Positions 39,566-49,657 are shown, counted from the first letter of the stretch. The stretch is DNA of 64,000 nucleotides from Bacilli bacterium (GCA_017428495.1 JAFRQS010000011.1:74920-138919); one strand, 5' to 3'. The notes: generated by a model from the letters alone, not told the origin. Made by a program: numbers and translations.

Positions 39566-40410
39566 TTTTCCCATCTTCCATATATACCACAAGGAAGTAC
39601 TATATCACTATTTTTTAAAGGCAATCCAACTTCACCTGAAGTAATAGTTCCTTTATTCTTTATGCATATTTTTAATATGTTTTCTAATACTTTACAAGAA
39701 AGACCTGTTGTATAACTATTTATTAAAAAGAACAATGGATTATCACTTAATACTTGAGTACACAATTTTACTAATTTAAATAAATTCGTTTCTATATCCC
39801 AAACCTCACCATTAGCTCCTCTTCCATAACTAGGTGGATCCATTATAATTGCATCATATTTATTGCCTCTTCTTATTTCTCTTTCAACAAATTTTATTAC
39901 ATCATCTACTATATATCTAACCGGTTTAGATTCTAGTCCAGATGATATAACGTTCTCTTTAGCCCAAGAAACCATGCCTTTAGATGAATCTACATGACAT
40001 ACTGAAGCTCCAGCATAAAGACACGCTACTGTTGCCCCACCTGTATATGCGAATAGATTTAGTACTTTAATTTCTCTATTAGAATTCTTAATTTTATCTA
40101 TCATATAATCCCAATTAACTGCTTGTTCTGGAAATAAACCCGTATGTTTAAAACTCATTGGTTTAATATTAAACGTTAAATCTTTATACTTTACTTGCCA
40201 ATTTTCGGGTAATTTAGTTTTATATTCCCAATGACCCCCACCTTTATTACTTCTGTGGTATATAGCATCATAATTACCAAAACTATTATCATTATCCCAT
40301 ATTATTTGTGGATCTGGTCTTACTAGTATGTATTTACCCCATCTTTCTTTTTTCATACCATTTTTCATTTCTAAAAGTTCATAATCTTTCCAATTATTTG
40401 CTATATTCAT
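39562..40410 (-). CDS. class I SAM-dependent (RlmI/RlmK-like) RNA methyltransferase
   Basis: 282 aa; SAM motif VLNLFAYTGGATVA and acidic motif IIMDPPSYGRG. Confidence 0.6.
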   Translation of the reverse strand: MNIANNWKDYELLEMKNGMKKERWGKYILVRPDPQIIWDNDNSFGNYDAIYHRSNKGGGHWEYKTKLPENWQVKYKDLTFNIKPMSFKHTGLFPEQAVNWDYMIDKIKNSNREIKVLNLFAYTGGATVACLYAGASVCHVDSSKGMVSWAKENVISSGLESKPVRYIVDDVIKFVEREIRRGNKYDAIIMDPPSYGRGANGEVWDIETNLFKLVKLCTQVLSDNPLFFLINSYTTGLSCKVLENILKICIKNKGTITSGEVGLPLKNSDIVLPCGIYGRWEK

Positions 40411-43355
40411 TATTTCAACTCCTCTAATCTAACACTTACTAATTTAGAAACACCAGATTCTTGCATTGTTATACCATAAAGTACTTTTGCATATTCCATA
40501 GTTTTCTTTTTATGTGTAATTATTATAAATTGTGTAGATTCTTCCATTTTCTTAACATACTTACCAAATATATCAACATTTGCTTCATCAAGTGGAGCTT
40601 CTACTTCATCTAATATACAGAATGGTACTGGTTTAACTCTTAATATTGCAAATAAAAGTGATATTGCAGTAAGAGCTTTTTCTCCTCCGGAAAGAAGCGA
40701 AATAGATGTTAATTTTTTACCTGGAGGAAGTGCTATAATTTCAATTCCAGTGTTTAAAACATCATCTGGATTAGTTAATTTTAATTCTGCATCTCCACCA
40801 TTAAATAATTCTTTAAATACCTTTTTAAATTCTATTTGAATTTGCTTAAATGTAGAATTAAACTCACTAGTCATTACTATATCCATCTCTTTTATTATTT
40901 CTAATAATGTATTTTCTGCTTTAAATAAATCGTTTTTTTGATTATTTAAAAATTCATATCTAGTTTTTACTCTCTCATATTCATCTATTGCACCAAGATT
41001 TACTAAACCAAGTTCATTTATAATTTTCTTTAATTCATTCACCTTTTTTCTAGCATCATTAATTGGTAATGATAATACATAATCTCTTTTAGCCTTATCA
41101 TAAGTAATACTATATTCTTCAGTTAAAGTATTAAGGAGTGTATCCAACTTTACATCTAATCTACCTACTTTTATTTCTAACTCTTTTAATTCATTCTGTT
41201 TTTTATAATATTCACTACCACTAGTCTTAAATTCATGCTCTAAAGTATTTATTTCATCTTGTATATCTTTAACTAGTGCATTTAATTTATTTATTTCATT
41301 AACTATAGTTTCTCTTTCTTTAACTTTAGAATAATATTTATCCAATATATTTTCTTCTTCTTTACTTAAACTAGAATTCAATATATTGTTTGTACCATTA
41401 ATATTAGTCTCTATATCACTTAATTTTTCATTAACATTATCTAACTCATTAGATTTTATATTTAACAATTCATCATTATATATCTTTTTTCTCTTTAAAC
41501 TATCTATTTTTATAATTAATTTATCTAATAACTCATTATTATTATTAATATTTATAGTTAATAAATCCATATCTTTTTTTAAACTATTATTTTCTCTTAT
41601 TAATTTGTCTAGTTCCATTTTATCTAAAATAATACTATTGCTCTTTTTATTTATTCCACCAGTTAAACTACCTCCAACATGTATTATTTCACCATCTAAT
41701 GTAACTATTCTATATTTATGATTAAGTTTTTTACTTATCATATTAGCAGTTTTCATATCATCTACTACTATAATATTACCCAATTGATTTAATATAATAT
41801 TAGTATATTTTGAATCATATTTAACAAGATTGGATGCTATATCTATAAATCCTTTATTATCTTTTAAAATATTATATACATTTGGATCTATAGTTTTAGG
41901 TTCAATTATATTAAGAGGAAAAAATGTAACTCTACCTAAAGAATTACTCTTTAGATAATTAATTGCACTTTCTGCATCTTTTTCAGTTTCAGTAATTATA
42001 AATGAAGCACTAAAACCTAATGCTGTATCTATTGCATTCATATACTTATCTTCTATTTCTACAATATTACCAATTGCATCACATATACCATTTAATTTTG
42101 GATTATTTAATACACTTTTAACAGCATATGAATACTTATCATTATTATCAATAGAATTCTCTAATAAATTAATTCTATAATCATTATTAGTAATCTTTTT
42201 ATCAATAATACTATATTCATTAGATAATTTGCTTTTTTCAATATCACATTTATCTATTTCTATATTTAATTTACCTATTTCTCTATTAGTAATATCTAAT
42301 TCTTTATGTATATTTTCTATATCATTTTCTAATATTTCTTTATTATTATTATATTTTAATTTATCTTCTTTAAATGATAATATACTATCATGTAATTTAA
42401 CATCATCAACTTTATATTTTTGCCTTTCTGATATTATATTTTTCTCACCATTTAACTTTTCTACTTCTTTTGTAACATTAACTAATTCTTCTTGTTTAGA
42501 ATATAATTTATCATTTAAATTAGACAATTCAATCTTTTTCTTAGATAAAGATGCATCAAAAGAAGTATTAGATGTAGACAATTCTATAATACTCTTGTTT
42601 AATATTTCTATTTTATTTTTTGATTCATTATATTCTAGATTTAAAGCATCCAAATCATGTACAATCAAAGATATTTCAACATCTTCTAATTCTTTTTTTG
42701 TTTTTAAATATAAACTTGCTTTTTCACTTTGTTCCTTTAAAGGGGTAACTTGTAATTCTAATTCATTAATAATATCATTTACTCTATCAATATTATCATG
42801 AGTTTTATCTAATTTTCTTTGTGCTTCTTCTTTCCTTTTTTTATACTTTAATACTCCAGCAGCACTTTCAAACACTATTCTTCTATCTTCAGCTTTAGTA
42901 CTTATAATATTTGATATATCTCCTTGCGATATAATTGAAAATGATTCTTTACCACTACCACTATCTATTAACAATTCAATAATATCTTTTAATCTTACTT
43001 TTTCATTATTTATAAAGTATTCATTTTCGCCCGTTCTATATATGCTTCTTTTAATAGAAACCTCAGTATAATCTATCTTTAATGAATGATCACTATTATC
43101 AAACACAAGAGTTACAGATGCATTATTTGATGGATTTCTAGTCTTACTGCCAGAAAATATAACATCAGCCATTGCGCCATCTCCCCTTAGAGATTTAACT
43201 GATTGCTCACCTAAAACCCAACGAACAGCATCTACAATATTACTTTTACCACTACCATTAGGTCCAACTACACCTGTAATACCCTTTTCAAGTTCTATAT
43301 TTATTTTATCTGCAAAAGATTTAAATCCATTTATTTTAATTTGTTTTAATATCAT
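40410..43355 (-). CDS. smc: chromosome partition protein SMC (short-armed, about 981 aa)
   Basis: Walker A GPNGSGKSN, hinge region (GICDAIGNIVEIEDKYMNAIDTALGFSA), signature LSGGEKALTAISLLFA and Walker B ILDEVEAPLD; start set at MILKQIKINGF. Confidence 0.85.
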   Translation of the reverse strand: MILKQIKINGFKSFADKINIELEKGITGVVGPNGSGKSNIVDAVRWVLGEQSVKSLRGDGAMADVIFSGSKTRNPSNNASVTLVFDNSDHSLKIDYTEVSIKRSIYRTGENEYFINNEKVRLKDIIELLIDSGSGKESFSIISQGDISNIISTKAEDRRIVFESAAGVLKYKKRKEEAQRKLDKTHDNIDRVNDIINELELQVTPLKEQSEKASLYLKTKKELEDVEISLIVHDLDALNLEYNESKNKIEILNKSIIELSTSNTSFDASLSKKKIELSNLNDKLYSKQEELVNVTKEVEKLNGEKNIISERQKYKVDDVKLHDSILSFKEDKLKYNNNKEILENDIENIHKELDITNREIGKLNIEIDKCDIEKSKLSNEYSIIDKKITNNDYRINLLENSIDNNDKYSYAVKSVLNNPKLNGICDAIGNIVEIEDKYMNAIDTALGFSASFIITETEKDAESAINYLKSNSLGRVTFFPLNIIEPKTIDPNVYNILKDNKGFIDIASNLVKYDSKYTNIILNQLGNIIVVDDMKTANMISKKLNHKYRIVTLDGEIIHVGGSLTGGINKKSNSIILDKMELDKLIRENNSLKKDMDLLTININNNNELLDKLIIKIDSLKRKKIYNDELLNIKSNELDNVNEKLSDIETNINGTNNILNSSLSKEEENILDKYYSKVKERETIVNEINKLNALVKDIQDEINTLEHEFKTSGSEYYKKQNELKELEIKVGRLDVKLDTLLNTLTEEYSITYDKAKRDYVLSLPINDARKKVNELKKIINELGLVNLGAIDEYERVKTRYEFLNNQKNDLFKAENTLLEIIKEMDIVMTSEFNSTFKQIQIEFKKVFKELFNGGDAELKLTNPDDVLNTGIEIIALPPGKKLTSISLLSGGEKALTAISLLFAILRVKPVPFCILDEVEAPLDEANVDIFGKYVKKMEESTQFIIITHKKKTMEYAKVLYGITMQESGVSKLVSVRLEELK

Positions 43356-43429
43356 ATATGCACCTTCTAACATTAAAATTATACTATAAAATAAACATAT
43401 TAACAAGAAAAAAGACTATTAGTATAGTC

Positions 43430-43954
43430 TTAAAATATTTCTTTAAATATATATATAATTGTTTTAAAAAATATCTTTAAATCTAATATAAAACTCAAAT
43501 TATTTATATATTCATCATCTAGTTCTAATTTTCTCTTATGAGTAAGAGTATACCTACCACTTATTTGTGATAAACCTGTAAGTCCAGGTCTTACAGTATG
43601 TCTTAATTTACTATATGGTATTGGTAAAGGATCATCAACTATAAATGGCCTTGGACCAATTATAGACATATCACCTTTTAATACATTTAAAAATTGTGGT
43701 ATCTCATCTATACCTGTTTTTCTTATAAATCTACTCAATTTAGTAGTTTCTTTTGTAAAATCATTCATAGTTTTAAATTTATATATTTCATAAGGCTTTT
43801 CATTTAAACCAATTCTTCTTTGTTTAAATATTGCACTACCTTTAAATTCAATTTTAGTTATTATATACATAATTATATAAATTGGTATAAGCATAATTAC
43901 AAATACTGCTGCTATTATTATATCTAATATTCTTTTAATATATTTTCTATACAT
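43430..43954 (-). CDS. bacterial sugar transferase (polyprenyl-phosphate hexose-1-phosphate transferase, small EpsL/WcaJ-C-terminal type)
   Basis: 174 aa; single N-terminal TM then conserved SAIFKQRRIGLNEKPYEIYKFKTM...GPRP block of the Bac_transf family. Confidence 0.65.
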   Translation of the reverse strand: MYRKYIKRILDIIIAAVFVIMLIPIYIIMYIITKIEFKGSAIFKQRRIGLNEKPYEIYKFKTMNDFTKETTKLSRFIRKTGIDEIPQFLNVLKGDMSIIGPRPFIVDDPLPIPYSKLRHTVRPGLTGLSQISGRYTLTHKRKLELDDEYINNLSFILDLKIFFKTIIYIFKEIF

Positions 43955-44609
43955 TAGCCATCTTATTTAAGGCATCTTTTGCTGCATTTTGCTCTGCTTC
44001 TTTTTTAGTTTTACCTATACCTGTACCATATATAATATTTTCAACAACTACATTTATCTCAAATTCTTTATCATGTGATGGACCTTTTTCATTTACTAAA
44101 ACATACTCTAATGACATTTTATCTGTTTGTACCAATTCTTGCAATTTTGATTTATAATCATTAAATAACTCCTCATTCTTATTTATTGATCTAATAACTG
44201 TTTTATTTACAAATTCTTTTACTTTATCTATACCCTGATCTAAATATAAAGCTCCAATAAAAGCTTCAAACACATCAGCAAGAATAGCTTTTTTATGTCT
44301 ACCGCCACTATTTTCTTCACCTTTACCAAGTCTTAAATATTCATCAAAATGACAATTCAATGAATACTCACTCAATGCTTCTTCACAAACATGACTTGCT
44401 CTTACCTTTGTCATTTCACCTTCAACTAAATGCCTATTGATATATAAGTATTCAGTTACAATAAAGTCTAATACTTTATCACCCAAAAATTCTAACCTTT
44501 CATAATTCTCTGCCTCTTTATTTTCATTGCAGTATGAACTATGCGTAAAAGCTGTTAAAAATAATTCCATATCATTGGGAATAATTTTAAGTTCATCCAA
44601 TATTTTCAT
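43947..44609 (-). CDS. rnc: ribonuclease III
   Basis: RNase III signature ERLEFLGDKVLDFIV and C-terminal dsRBD. Confidence 0.85.
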   Translation of the reverse strand: MKILDELKIIPNDMELFLTAFTHSSYCNENKEAENYERLEFLGDKVLDFIVTEYLYINRHLVEGEMTKVRASHVCEEALSEYSLNCHFDEYLRLGKGEENSGGRHKKAILADVFEAFIGALYLDQGIDKVKEFVNKTVIRSINKNEELFNDYKSKLQELVQTDKMSLEYVLVNEKGPSHDKEFEINVVVENIIYGTGIGKTKKEAEQNAAKDALNKMANV

Positions 44610-44692
44610 TATATCACCAATTATATTATACCATTTTTTATCTTTTGTTTTACAAAAATATTATTTTGTAATAAAATATAATTGGTGATTAT

Positions 44693-44914
44693 ATGAAATA
44701 CTTACTCATAGGTATTATAAAAATATATCAATTAATACCTGGACCATGGCATAAAATGTGTAGATATAATCCAACATGTTCTAATTATTCCATTGAAGCT
44801 ATCAAAAGATTTGGAGCTTTTAAAGGAAGTATAATTAGTATAAAAAGAATATTAAGGTGTGCCCCTTGGGGTGGTATGGGATATGATCCTGTACCAGAAA
44901 GGAAAAATCAATGA
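44693..44914 (+). CDS. yidD: membrane protein insertion efficiency factor YidD
   Basis: 73 aa; YQLIPGPWHKMCRYNPTCSNYSIEAI... conserved Cys pair. Confidence 0.8.
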   Translation: MKYLLIGIIKIYQLIPGPWHKMCRYNPTCSNYSIEAIKRFGAFKGSIISIKRILRCAPWGGMGYDPVPERKNQ

Positions 44915-45765
44915 AAAAAATTTTTATAAGTTTATTATTAGTAATAGTAACATTATCATTAACTGGTTGTAAAAGAGATAGTATGGAAAATATTACAATA
45001 TATACTACTACATATCCTATAGAATATATAACCAATAGATTGTATGGAAAACATAGTGTAATTAATAGTATATATCCAAGTGAAATTATTGAATTGTCTG
45101 ACAAATTAATAAATGATTATAGTCAAAGTGATTTATTTGTATATAATGGATTAAGTAATGAAAAGAATTATGCAGTAAATATGCTTAATAATAATAAAAA
45201 TCTAAAAATAGTGGATGCTACATTAGGTATGGAAAATAGCACTAGTATTGAAGAATTATGGCTAGATCCATCAAACTTTTTAATGTTATGCCTAAATATA
45301 AGAAATGGTATGAAAGAATATATTACAAATGGTGTATTAAGAAAGCAAATTGATGAAAATTATGAAAAACTAAAATTAGATATATCAGAATTAGATGCTG
45401 ATATAAAATTATTGGTTGAAAATGCTAGTGACAATCACTTATTAGTATCTAATAATGCACTAAACTTTTTAGAAAAATATAATGTAACAGTATATTCAGT
45501 AGATAGTAAAAACACTTTAACTGATACTATTAAAAATGAAATAAAAAAACAAATTAACAATAAACATATTAAATATATAATAATGTTTGAAGAAGATATA
45601 TTAACAGATGAAGTAGAAAAATTTATCACTGATAATAATATTGAAAAAATATACTTTGATTCATTAAATATTTTAACTACTGAAAATAAAAATAGTGAAA
45701 AGAATTATATTTCAATTATGAATAGTAATCTTTCAGTATTAAGACAAGAATTATATGAAGAATAA
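44911..45765 (+). CDS. TroA-like lipoprotein (metal ABC substrate-binding-protein fold) lacking the usual metal-ligand His residues
   Basis: 284 aa; lipobox LSLTGC; DLFVYNGLSNE resembles ZnuA/TroA DLVVYNGLGLE block, but positions of the three canonical metal-binding His are S/N/none; no adjacent ABC permease or ATPase. Confidence 0.45.
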   Translation: MKKIFISLLLVIVTLSLTGCKRDSMENITIYTTTYPIEYITNRLYGKHSVINSIYPSEIIELSDKLINDYSQSDLFVYNGLSNEKNYAVNMLNNNKNLKIVDATLGMENSTSIEELWLDPSNFLMLCLNIRNGMKEYITNGVLRKQIDENYEKLKLDISELDADIKLLVENASDNHLLVSNNALNFLEKYNVTVYSVDSKNTLTDTIKNEIKKQINNKHIKYIIMFEEDILTDEVEKFITDNNIEKIYFDSLNILTTENKNSEKNYISIMNSNLSVLRQELYEE

Positions 45766-45792
45766 CAAAAACAAAATCAATTGATTTTGTTT

Positions 45793-46053
45793 TTATTTTG
45801 TTTCTATAATAAGTTTAATAGCTGTTCTTTCCTCACCATCTATCATGATATCAGAAAAAGCAGGGATGCATATTAAATTTTTACCTGTAGGTGCAACAAA
45901 TCCTCTTGCAATAGCAATTCCTTTTATAGCTTGATTTAATGCTCCTGCACCTATAGCTTGAATTTCAACACTACTCTTTTCTTTTAAAACATTAGCCAGT
46001 GCTCCAGCTACTTTATTTGCATCTGATTTAGATGATACTTTCAATATTTCCAT
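45793..46053 (-). CDS. spoVS: stage V sporulation protein S
   Basis: MEILKVSSKSDANKVAGALANVLKEKSSVEIQAIGAGALNQAIKGIAIARGF matches SpoVS; 86 aa from MEILK. Confidence 0.85.
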   Translation of the reverse strand: MEILKVSSKSDANKVAGALANVLKEKSSVEIQAIGAGALNQAIKGIAIARGFVAPTGKNLICIPAFSDIMIDGEERTAIKLIIETK

Positions 46054-46099
46054 ATTTATTCCTCCTGAATTAATATATGAAAAAAATAACAATTTAGAA

Positions 46100-46939
46100 C
46101 TACATATCTAAATTATTATTTTTATATGCTTTAAGCAAATTTTGATATATCGATAAAACTGTCATTTGACCTACACCACCAGGTACAGGAGTTATATATG
46201 AACAAATATCTTTTACTTCTTCATAATTAACATCACCATATATTTTACCATCTGCTCTATTTATACCAACATCTATTACAACTGCACCTTCTTTAACCAT
46301 TGATGATGTAATCATATGCTTTTTACCAACAGCAACAATTAATATATCTGCAGTTTTTGTAATATCCTTAAGATTTGATGTATAACTATGACAAATAGTT
46401 ACAGTAGCATTATTATTAAGCATCAAAGAAAACATTGGTCTACCTACTAGTTCACTTCTTCCAACTATTACCACATTTTTCCCACTTACTGAAATATCAT
46501 AATATTTTAATATTTCTAATATTCCATTAGGTGTACATGGAACCAAACAATCTTTATTATGCATAAGTAATCCTGCATTAATGTCTGTTAAACCATCAAC
46601 ATCTTTTTTATGACACACTCTATTTTGTATCTTTTCTTTATTTAAATGTTCTGGTAATGGTAACTGTACTATTATACCATCTATTGACATATCATCATTT
46701 AATCTATCAATTGTTGCAAGAATTAAATCTTCTTGTACATCCTCAGGAAATTTAATATATTCAAAATTACAACCTAATTCTAATCCCGTTTTTTCTTTAT
46801 TACTTACATAAACGTTACTTGCTGGATTATCTCCAACTTGAATTACTGCAAGTCCAGGTTTCCTCTTTAATGTACTTATTTCTTTTTTTAATTCTTCTAT
46901 TTTCTCTTGTTTTATCTTTTTACCATCTAATATCTGCAT
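46100..46939 (-). CDS. folD: bifunctional methylenetetrahydrofolate dehydrogenase/methenyl-THF cyclohydrolase
   Basis: 279 aa; MQILDGKKIKQEKIEELKKEI start and VVIVGRSELVGRPM, PVPGGVGQMT motifs. Confidence 0.85.
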   Translation of the reverse strand: MQILDGKKIKQEKIEELKKEISTLKRKPGLAVIQVGDNPASNVYVSNKEKTGLELGCNFEYIKFPEDVQEDLILATIDRLNDDMSIDGIIVQLPLPEHLNKEKIQNRVCHKKDVDGLTDINAGLLMHNKDCLVPCTPNGILEILKYYDISVSGKNVVIVGRSELVGRPMFSLMLNNNATVTICHSYTSNLKDITKTADILIVAVGKKHMITSSMVKEGAVVIDVGINRADGKIYGDVNYEEVKDICSYITPVPGGVGQMTVLSIYQNLLKAYKNNNLDM

Positions 46940-46940
46940 A

Positions 46941-48290
46941 TTATTCCCCCAATCTTTTTTCTAGTTTCTCTTTTATATCATATACTTCTTTACAACCCAT
47001 AAATACTATTACTGCATTTTTATGTCTTAATAATGGATTTATACATTCAGTATAATTTATATCAATCAAATTATCTACACTACCAATCTTTAAATGCTCC
47101 GCATTTTTAAGTTCATTAACTATTAACATTGGTGAAGAATTAGGATATTCCTCTTGAGTTTCTCTATCACTAAATATATCAGTAACATATGCTTTATCAG
47201 CAACACTCAATGCATCTGCATATTCTTTATATAATGCTTGAGTTCTAGAGAAAGTATTTTCTAAAAATACTGCTACCAATTCCTTATTAGGATATTTTTG
47301 CCTTACTGCTTCTAATGTTACTTTAATTTCTGTAGGATGGTGAGCATAATCATCAATTGTTATTATATCTCCTATAGTTTTTTCTTTAAATCTCCTCTTT
47401 GCACCCTTAAATGATTTTATACTATCATGAACTTCATCAATATTAAGTCCTTCTATATAACTTAATATAATCACACTTAAAGCATTTAAAACCATATGCT
47501 TACCATATAATGGCAAATCAAAATGTCCTATGAACTCATTATAATGATATACATCAAAAGAACTACCTTCATGATTTAGTATTATATTCTTTGCTATCCA
47601 TTCATTATCTTCATTAAAACCATAATATATTAGTTTCTTATCTGTTTTTAAACTTCTAACATTTAAATCATCACCACATGCAATTACATTACCATCACAT
47701 TGCCTTAAAAACTCTTCATATGCATCTTTCATATCTTCGATGTCTTTATAATAATCAACATGATCTAATTCTATATTAGTAAGAATGATATTTTTAGGAT
47801 AATAATTTAAAAAATGTCTTTTATACTCACAAGCTTCTAAAAAGAAATATTTATTAGCAGCCATTGCATGACCAGTACCATCACCAATCAAATAATTAGC
47901 TCCTACTAAATCATCAAAAACATGTGAAAGTAATGCAGTTGTAGTAGTCTTACCATGGCAACCACATATACATGTTGTATTATAATTATTTACTAATTCA
48001 TGAAGCATATCATAATAATAATACCTTTTAAGACCTAATTCAATTGCCTTTTTTACTTCAACATTAGATTCATCAAATGCATTACCAATTATAACTATCA
48101 TATGATCATCAATATTACTTTCGTCAAAAGGAGTTATCTTTATTCCTCTTTTAACTAGTTCATCTTCTGTAAACAAATGATGTGTAACATCAGATCCTTC
48201 CACTTCATTACCTAAATCTTTCAAAATAAGTGCAAGTGCACTCATTCCTGAACCCTTTATTCCAATAAAATGATATTTCATAAATCTCAC
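46941..48290 (-). CDS. murC: UDP-N-acetylmuramate--L-alanine ligase
   Basis: 449 aa; HFIGIKGSGMSALA N-terminal, Mur ligase central GTHGKTTTT motif. Confidence 0.85.
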   Translation of the reverse strand: MRFMKYHFIGIKGSGMSALALILKDLGNEVEGSDVTHHLFTEDELVKRGIKITPFDESNIDDHMIVIIGNAFDESNVEVKKAIELGLKRYYYYDMLHELVNNYNTTCICGCHGKTTTTALLSHVFDDLVGANYLIGDGTGHAMAANKYFFLEACEYKRHFLNYYPKNIILTNIELDHVDYYKDIEDMKDAYEEFLRQCDGNVIACGDDLNVRSLKTDKKLIYYGFNEDNEWIAKNIILNHEGSSFDVYHYNEFIGHFDLPLYGKHMVLNALSVIILSYIEGLNIDEVHDSIKSFKGAKRRFKEKTIGDIITIDDYAHHPTEIKVTLEAVRQKYPNKELVAVFLENTFSRTQALYKEYADALSVADKAYVTDIFSDRETQEEYPNSSPMLIVNELKNAEHLKIGSVDNLIDINYTECINPLLRHKNAVIVFMGCKEVYDIKEKLEKRLGE

Positions 48291-48375
48291 TTCCTAATTA
48301 ATCATATTATAATTATACCACTAATTGCTAATTTATTAAGTTTTTTATATAAAAAAATAGTGCTTAACACTATTA

Positions 48376-48735
48376 CTATGTACGATGAAAACCAGAAATA
48401 TAATGGCCATCATTATATATACTATAACTTACATATCCTTTAATTTCAGAATTATCTCTAGGATCAAGTATCGGACAATCTAAATATTTATTTTCACATA
48501 AATCATCAATATCAATGCTTACAGAGTCTCCAACTACATTCAATTCCTCATATAAATCAGGATTATCAAGCATATAATTTTGAGCAACTCTTTCTATTTC
48601 ATTCACTATATCAGTATATAATGCATTTTTCTTTTTATTATATATATCTAATACATTAGGTACAGCAATCATAGCTAACATACCAAGAATTGCTATTACA
48701 GCAATTAATTCTATTAAAGTAAATCCCTTTTTCAT
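48376..48735 (-). CDS. small type IV pilin/pseudopilin (prepilin-type N-terminal cleavage/methylation domain)
   Basis: 119 aa; canonical leader MKKG/FTLIELIAVIAILGMLAMIAVPNV with Glu+5. Confidence 0.7.
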   Translation of the reverse strand: MKKGFTLIELIAVIAILGMLAMIAVPNVLDIYNKKKNALYTDIVNEIERVAQNYMLDNPDLYEELNVVGDSVSIDIDDLCENKYLDCPILDPRDNSEIKGYVSYSIYNDGHYISGFHRT

Positions 48736-48802
48736 ACTATCACCTATTATAATTATATCACATATATAAAAATTACCACAATATTTTTATCGTGGTAATT
48801 TA

Positions 48803-49657
48803 TTATTCATTTTCCTTAATTTCTACTTTAGTATTAGCAGAATCTTCTAATAATTTTGGATTATCAAATATATACTGCAATATTTTAGCAGATTTAACAA
48901 AATAATAACCATCTGCTATTCTCTCATCAAAATTCATACCAAATTCACATAATTTTCTTATCTCTTTTTTACCATTTACTATTACTTCTTCATCTTTAAT
49001 TTCTCCCATAGTCACAAGTGAAGAACATGTTCCAAAGTTTGTTATATTATGGTATATAGCACCACATTTTATACTACCTAAATTAGATACCATCATACTA
49101 CTATAATATACATTGTCACTTACTAAACTCTTAGGAAGCATTCCATTTTTATCAAACCATTTTAATATACCAACTACTGGTACTCTTATTATATTAGGAA
49201 GTTTACCTAATATATCAATTGCACTATTTGCGCCTTCTTTTTTAGATTTTTTATTTCTAAAGCCACTTACCTTTTCCATTATTTTTTTACTAATTGATTC
49301 CAAATTATCATTTTCATTTATTGGAATCATAATCATAACCTCTTCACTCTTATCATCAAAAGAAACTTTAGCAACAAAACTTATAACAACATCATTATGT
49401 TCATAAACATGTCTATTAGCAATAAATCTATTTAATTTTGGTCTATTATATAAAGTTTTACCAATAGCAGTTACAAATGTATGAAAATATGTAATATCAC
49501 TACCATTCTTTTTCTTATTATTTACATATTTAACAAGTTCTGTAACATCCATCTTCTGATTTATATATACATCACTATCACATCTTTGTGGTTTTAAATC
49601 AACAAGTATTTGTTCCATACCACCTAAATTTCTAATTCTTTTCGCATCTTTCCTCAT
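48803..49657 (-). CDS. 2-oxoacid dehydrogenase E2 acyltransferase catalytic-domain-like protein, no lipoyl domain, active-site DHRxxDG replaced by DERIADG
   Basis: 284 aa; hand alignment with E2 catalytic domains (ITYFHTFVTAIGKTL / MVSNLGSI..GAIY / FGMNFDERIADGYYF vs canonical LSFDHRVIDGA). Confidence 0.55.
   Translation of the reverse strand: MRKDAKRIRNLGGMEQILVDLKPQRCDSDVYINQKMDVTELVKYVNNKKKNGSDITYFHTFVTAIGKTLYNRPKLNRFIANRHVYEHNDVVISFVAKVSFDDKSEEVMIMIPINENDNLESISKKIMEKVSGFRNKKSKKEGANSAIDILGKLPNIIRVPVVGILKWFDKNGMLPKSLVSDNVYYSSMMVSNLGSIKCGAIYHNITNFGTCSSLVTMGEIKDEEVIVNGKKEIRKLCEFGMNFDERIADGYYFVKSAKILQYIFDNPKLLEDSANTKVEIKENE

Noticed and set aside
41386-42801. Plus-strand ORFs 41386-41721 and 42229-42801 inside smc
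   Set aside because: Antisense to the SMC coiled-coil region; Leu/Ser/Phe-rich spurious frames.
44613-44687. 15-bp inverted repeat ATCACCAATTATATT / AATATAATTGGTGAT between rnc and yidD
   Set aside because: Each copy is simply the RBS context (AATTGGTGAT-TATATG) of one of the divergent genes; the same GGTGATTATATG context recurs at the PBP gene (63866-63880) and at 50780-50791, so it reflects a preferred strong SD/start context, not a regulatory palindrome.
44835-47055. ORFs 44835-45104 (-), 45435-45629 (-), 46819-47055 (+)
   Set aside because: Antisense/out-of-frame within the TroA-like lipoprotein, folD and murC genes.
48376-48735. Interpreting the small pilin plus the two large pilin-like genes as a competence (comG) pseudopilus operon
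   Set aside because: No ComGA/ComGB-like ATPase or platform genes adjacent; the three pilin genes are dispersed and monocistronic-looking, so a comG operon call is unsupported.
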